From: Patescibacteria group bacterium
GTDB lineage: Bacteria > Patescibacteriota > Microgenomatia > 0-14-0-10-38-17
Assembly (NCBI GenBank): GCA_050953885.1
Contig: JBMNNJ010000001.1
Location: 271,437 to 335,436, forward strand
Direction: 5' to 3'
DNA: 64,000 bases
Of this stretch, positions 63,305 to 64,000 are shown piece after piece. The position numbers were made by a program, and so were the translations under genes. The notes beneath the pieces were generated by a model. It ran no database searches and was not told the origin of the DNA. It saw only the letters and a program-made list of their open reading frames with translations. Position 1 is the stretch's first letter, and the number at the start of each line of letters is the position of its first letter.

Positions 63305-64000
63305 ATGCCTACTCCTATCCGCATTCCTCCCCATTCCGATGAAGCCGAAGAATCGGTCTTGGGCGCCATTTTAATTGACAAGGACGCCATTGTGGCCATA
63401 GCGCCAAAGTTAAGACCGGAATTTTTTTATGACGAAAGCCGGGGGCTTATTTTTAAAGCCGCCCTTTCTCTTTATGAAAAAAGAAAACCGATTGATCTGG
63501 TCACTTTAAGCGAGGAAATAAAAAAGGATAAGGCTTTAACTAAAATAGGAGGGAAAACATACTTGGCCAGATTAACCAATTTGGTACCCACGGCCGCCAA
63601 TGTGGAAGAATATGCCCAAATTATTAAAGATAATTTTGTTAAAAGAAAACTTATCAGCCTGGCGGCGCAGATTTCTTCTTCGGCCTTTGAAGAAGGGGAG
63701 GCCACCGAAAAAATTTTAGACCAAGCCGAGGGAGAAATTTTTTCTCTTTCCCAGTCAAACCTCCAACGCAGCTTTATCCCCTTACGAGAGGTGCTATCCG
63801 AATCTTTTGACCGTCTGGATGAGCTTCATAAGAGAGCCGGTGGCCTGCGGGGAGTGCCTACCGGTTTCCCAGAGCTTGATAATCTTCTGGCGGGAATGCA
63901 GGCTTCCAACATGATCGTTTTGGCGGCCCGGCCGGGCATTGGCAAAACCGCCTTGGGTTTAAATTTTGCTCGCCACGCGGCGGTGGAAGAAAATTTAACC
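63305..64000 (+). CDS. dnaB: Replicative DNA helicase DnaB, 3'-partial (continues past window end)
   Basis: IPPHSxEAEESVLGAILID, then the N-terminal helical domain, then the Walker A region LAARPGIGKTA at the window edge. There is no stop codon before 64000. Confidence 0.9.
   Translation, partial: MPTPIRIPPHSDEAEESVLGAILIDKDAIVAIAPKLRPEFFYDESRGLIFKAALSLYEKRKPIDLVTLSEEIKKDKALTKIGGKTYLARLTNLVPTAANVEEYAQIIKDNFVKRKLISLAAQISSSAFEEGEATEKILDQAEGEIFSLSQSNLQRSFIPLREVLSESFDRLDELHKRAGGLRGVPTGFPELDNLLAGMQASNMIVLAARPGIGKTALGLNFARHAAVEENLT

Overview
This 64-kb window looks like part of a small, AT-biased bacterial genome. Its content resembles a Patescibacteria/CPR-type organism; that assignment is an inference, not a tested result. 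Most of the window is housekeeping.

Housekeeping content:
- A lower-glycolysis run: ppsA, eno, gpmI.
- A dense set of DNA-repair genes: uvrA, uvrB, a short uvrC, lexA, xth, an Ogt-like alkyltransferase, a SplB-like radical-SAM protein, rarA, ssb and a partial dnaB.
- The rpsF-ssb-rpsR cluster, rpmE with an overlapping release-factor gene, hisS, rlmN, htrA, two S41 peptidases, a MacAB-type efflux/ABC trio and an ADP-forming acetyl-CoA synthetase.
- 18 tRNA genes in four groups, plus one degenerate tRNA fragment.

The top candidate for an undescribed system is a 4.5-kb AT-rich islet at 26497-30982, lodged directly 3' of tRNA-Gln. It is partitioned by three about-130-bp direct repeats rich in CAGGTG motifs. 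It carries:
- a 925-aa fusion of an SF1 Upf1-like helicase with a C-terminal DUF559 (Vsr-fold, PD-(D/E)xK-type) endonuclease domain and an unassigned N-terminal domain of about 250 aa;
- a strongly SD-driven small membrane protein;
- a PIN/Phd-like toxin-antitoxin pair;
- a 5'-truncated XRE-HTH remnant.
Two of the repeat copies abut genes that appear 5'-truncated.

Other notable items:
- A 7TM membrane protein, an ATP-grasp-retropepsin fusion and a RimK ligase form a predicted peptide ligation/processing module.
- A eukaryote/archaea-type DRG GTPase sits in an otherwise bacterial context.
- One S41 peptidase carries an HPD-less J-like domain.
- The RF1-type release factor lacks domain 1.
- A BrnT/BrnA toxin-antitoxin pair is present.
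- The intergenic space is built from several recurring repeat families: an about-160-bp MITE-like element (5 copies), arrays of GNRA/CTTG tetraloop hairpins, the palindrome ATCCGCCAGCTGGCGGAT (6 or more copies, one inside a degenerate tRNA), and several word-like AT-rich periodic repeats.

No CRISPR array and no rRNA gene were found.
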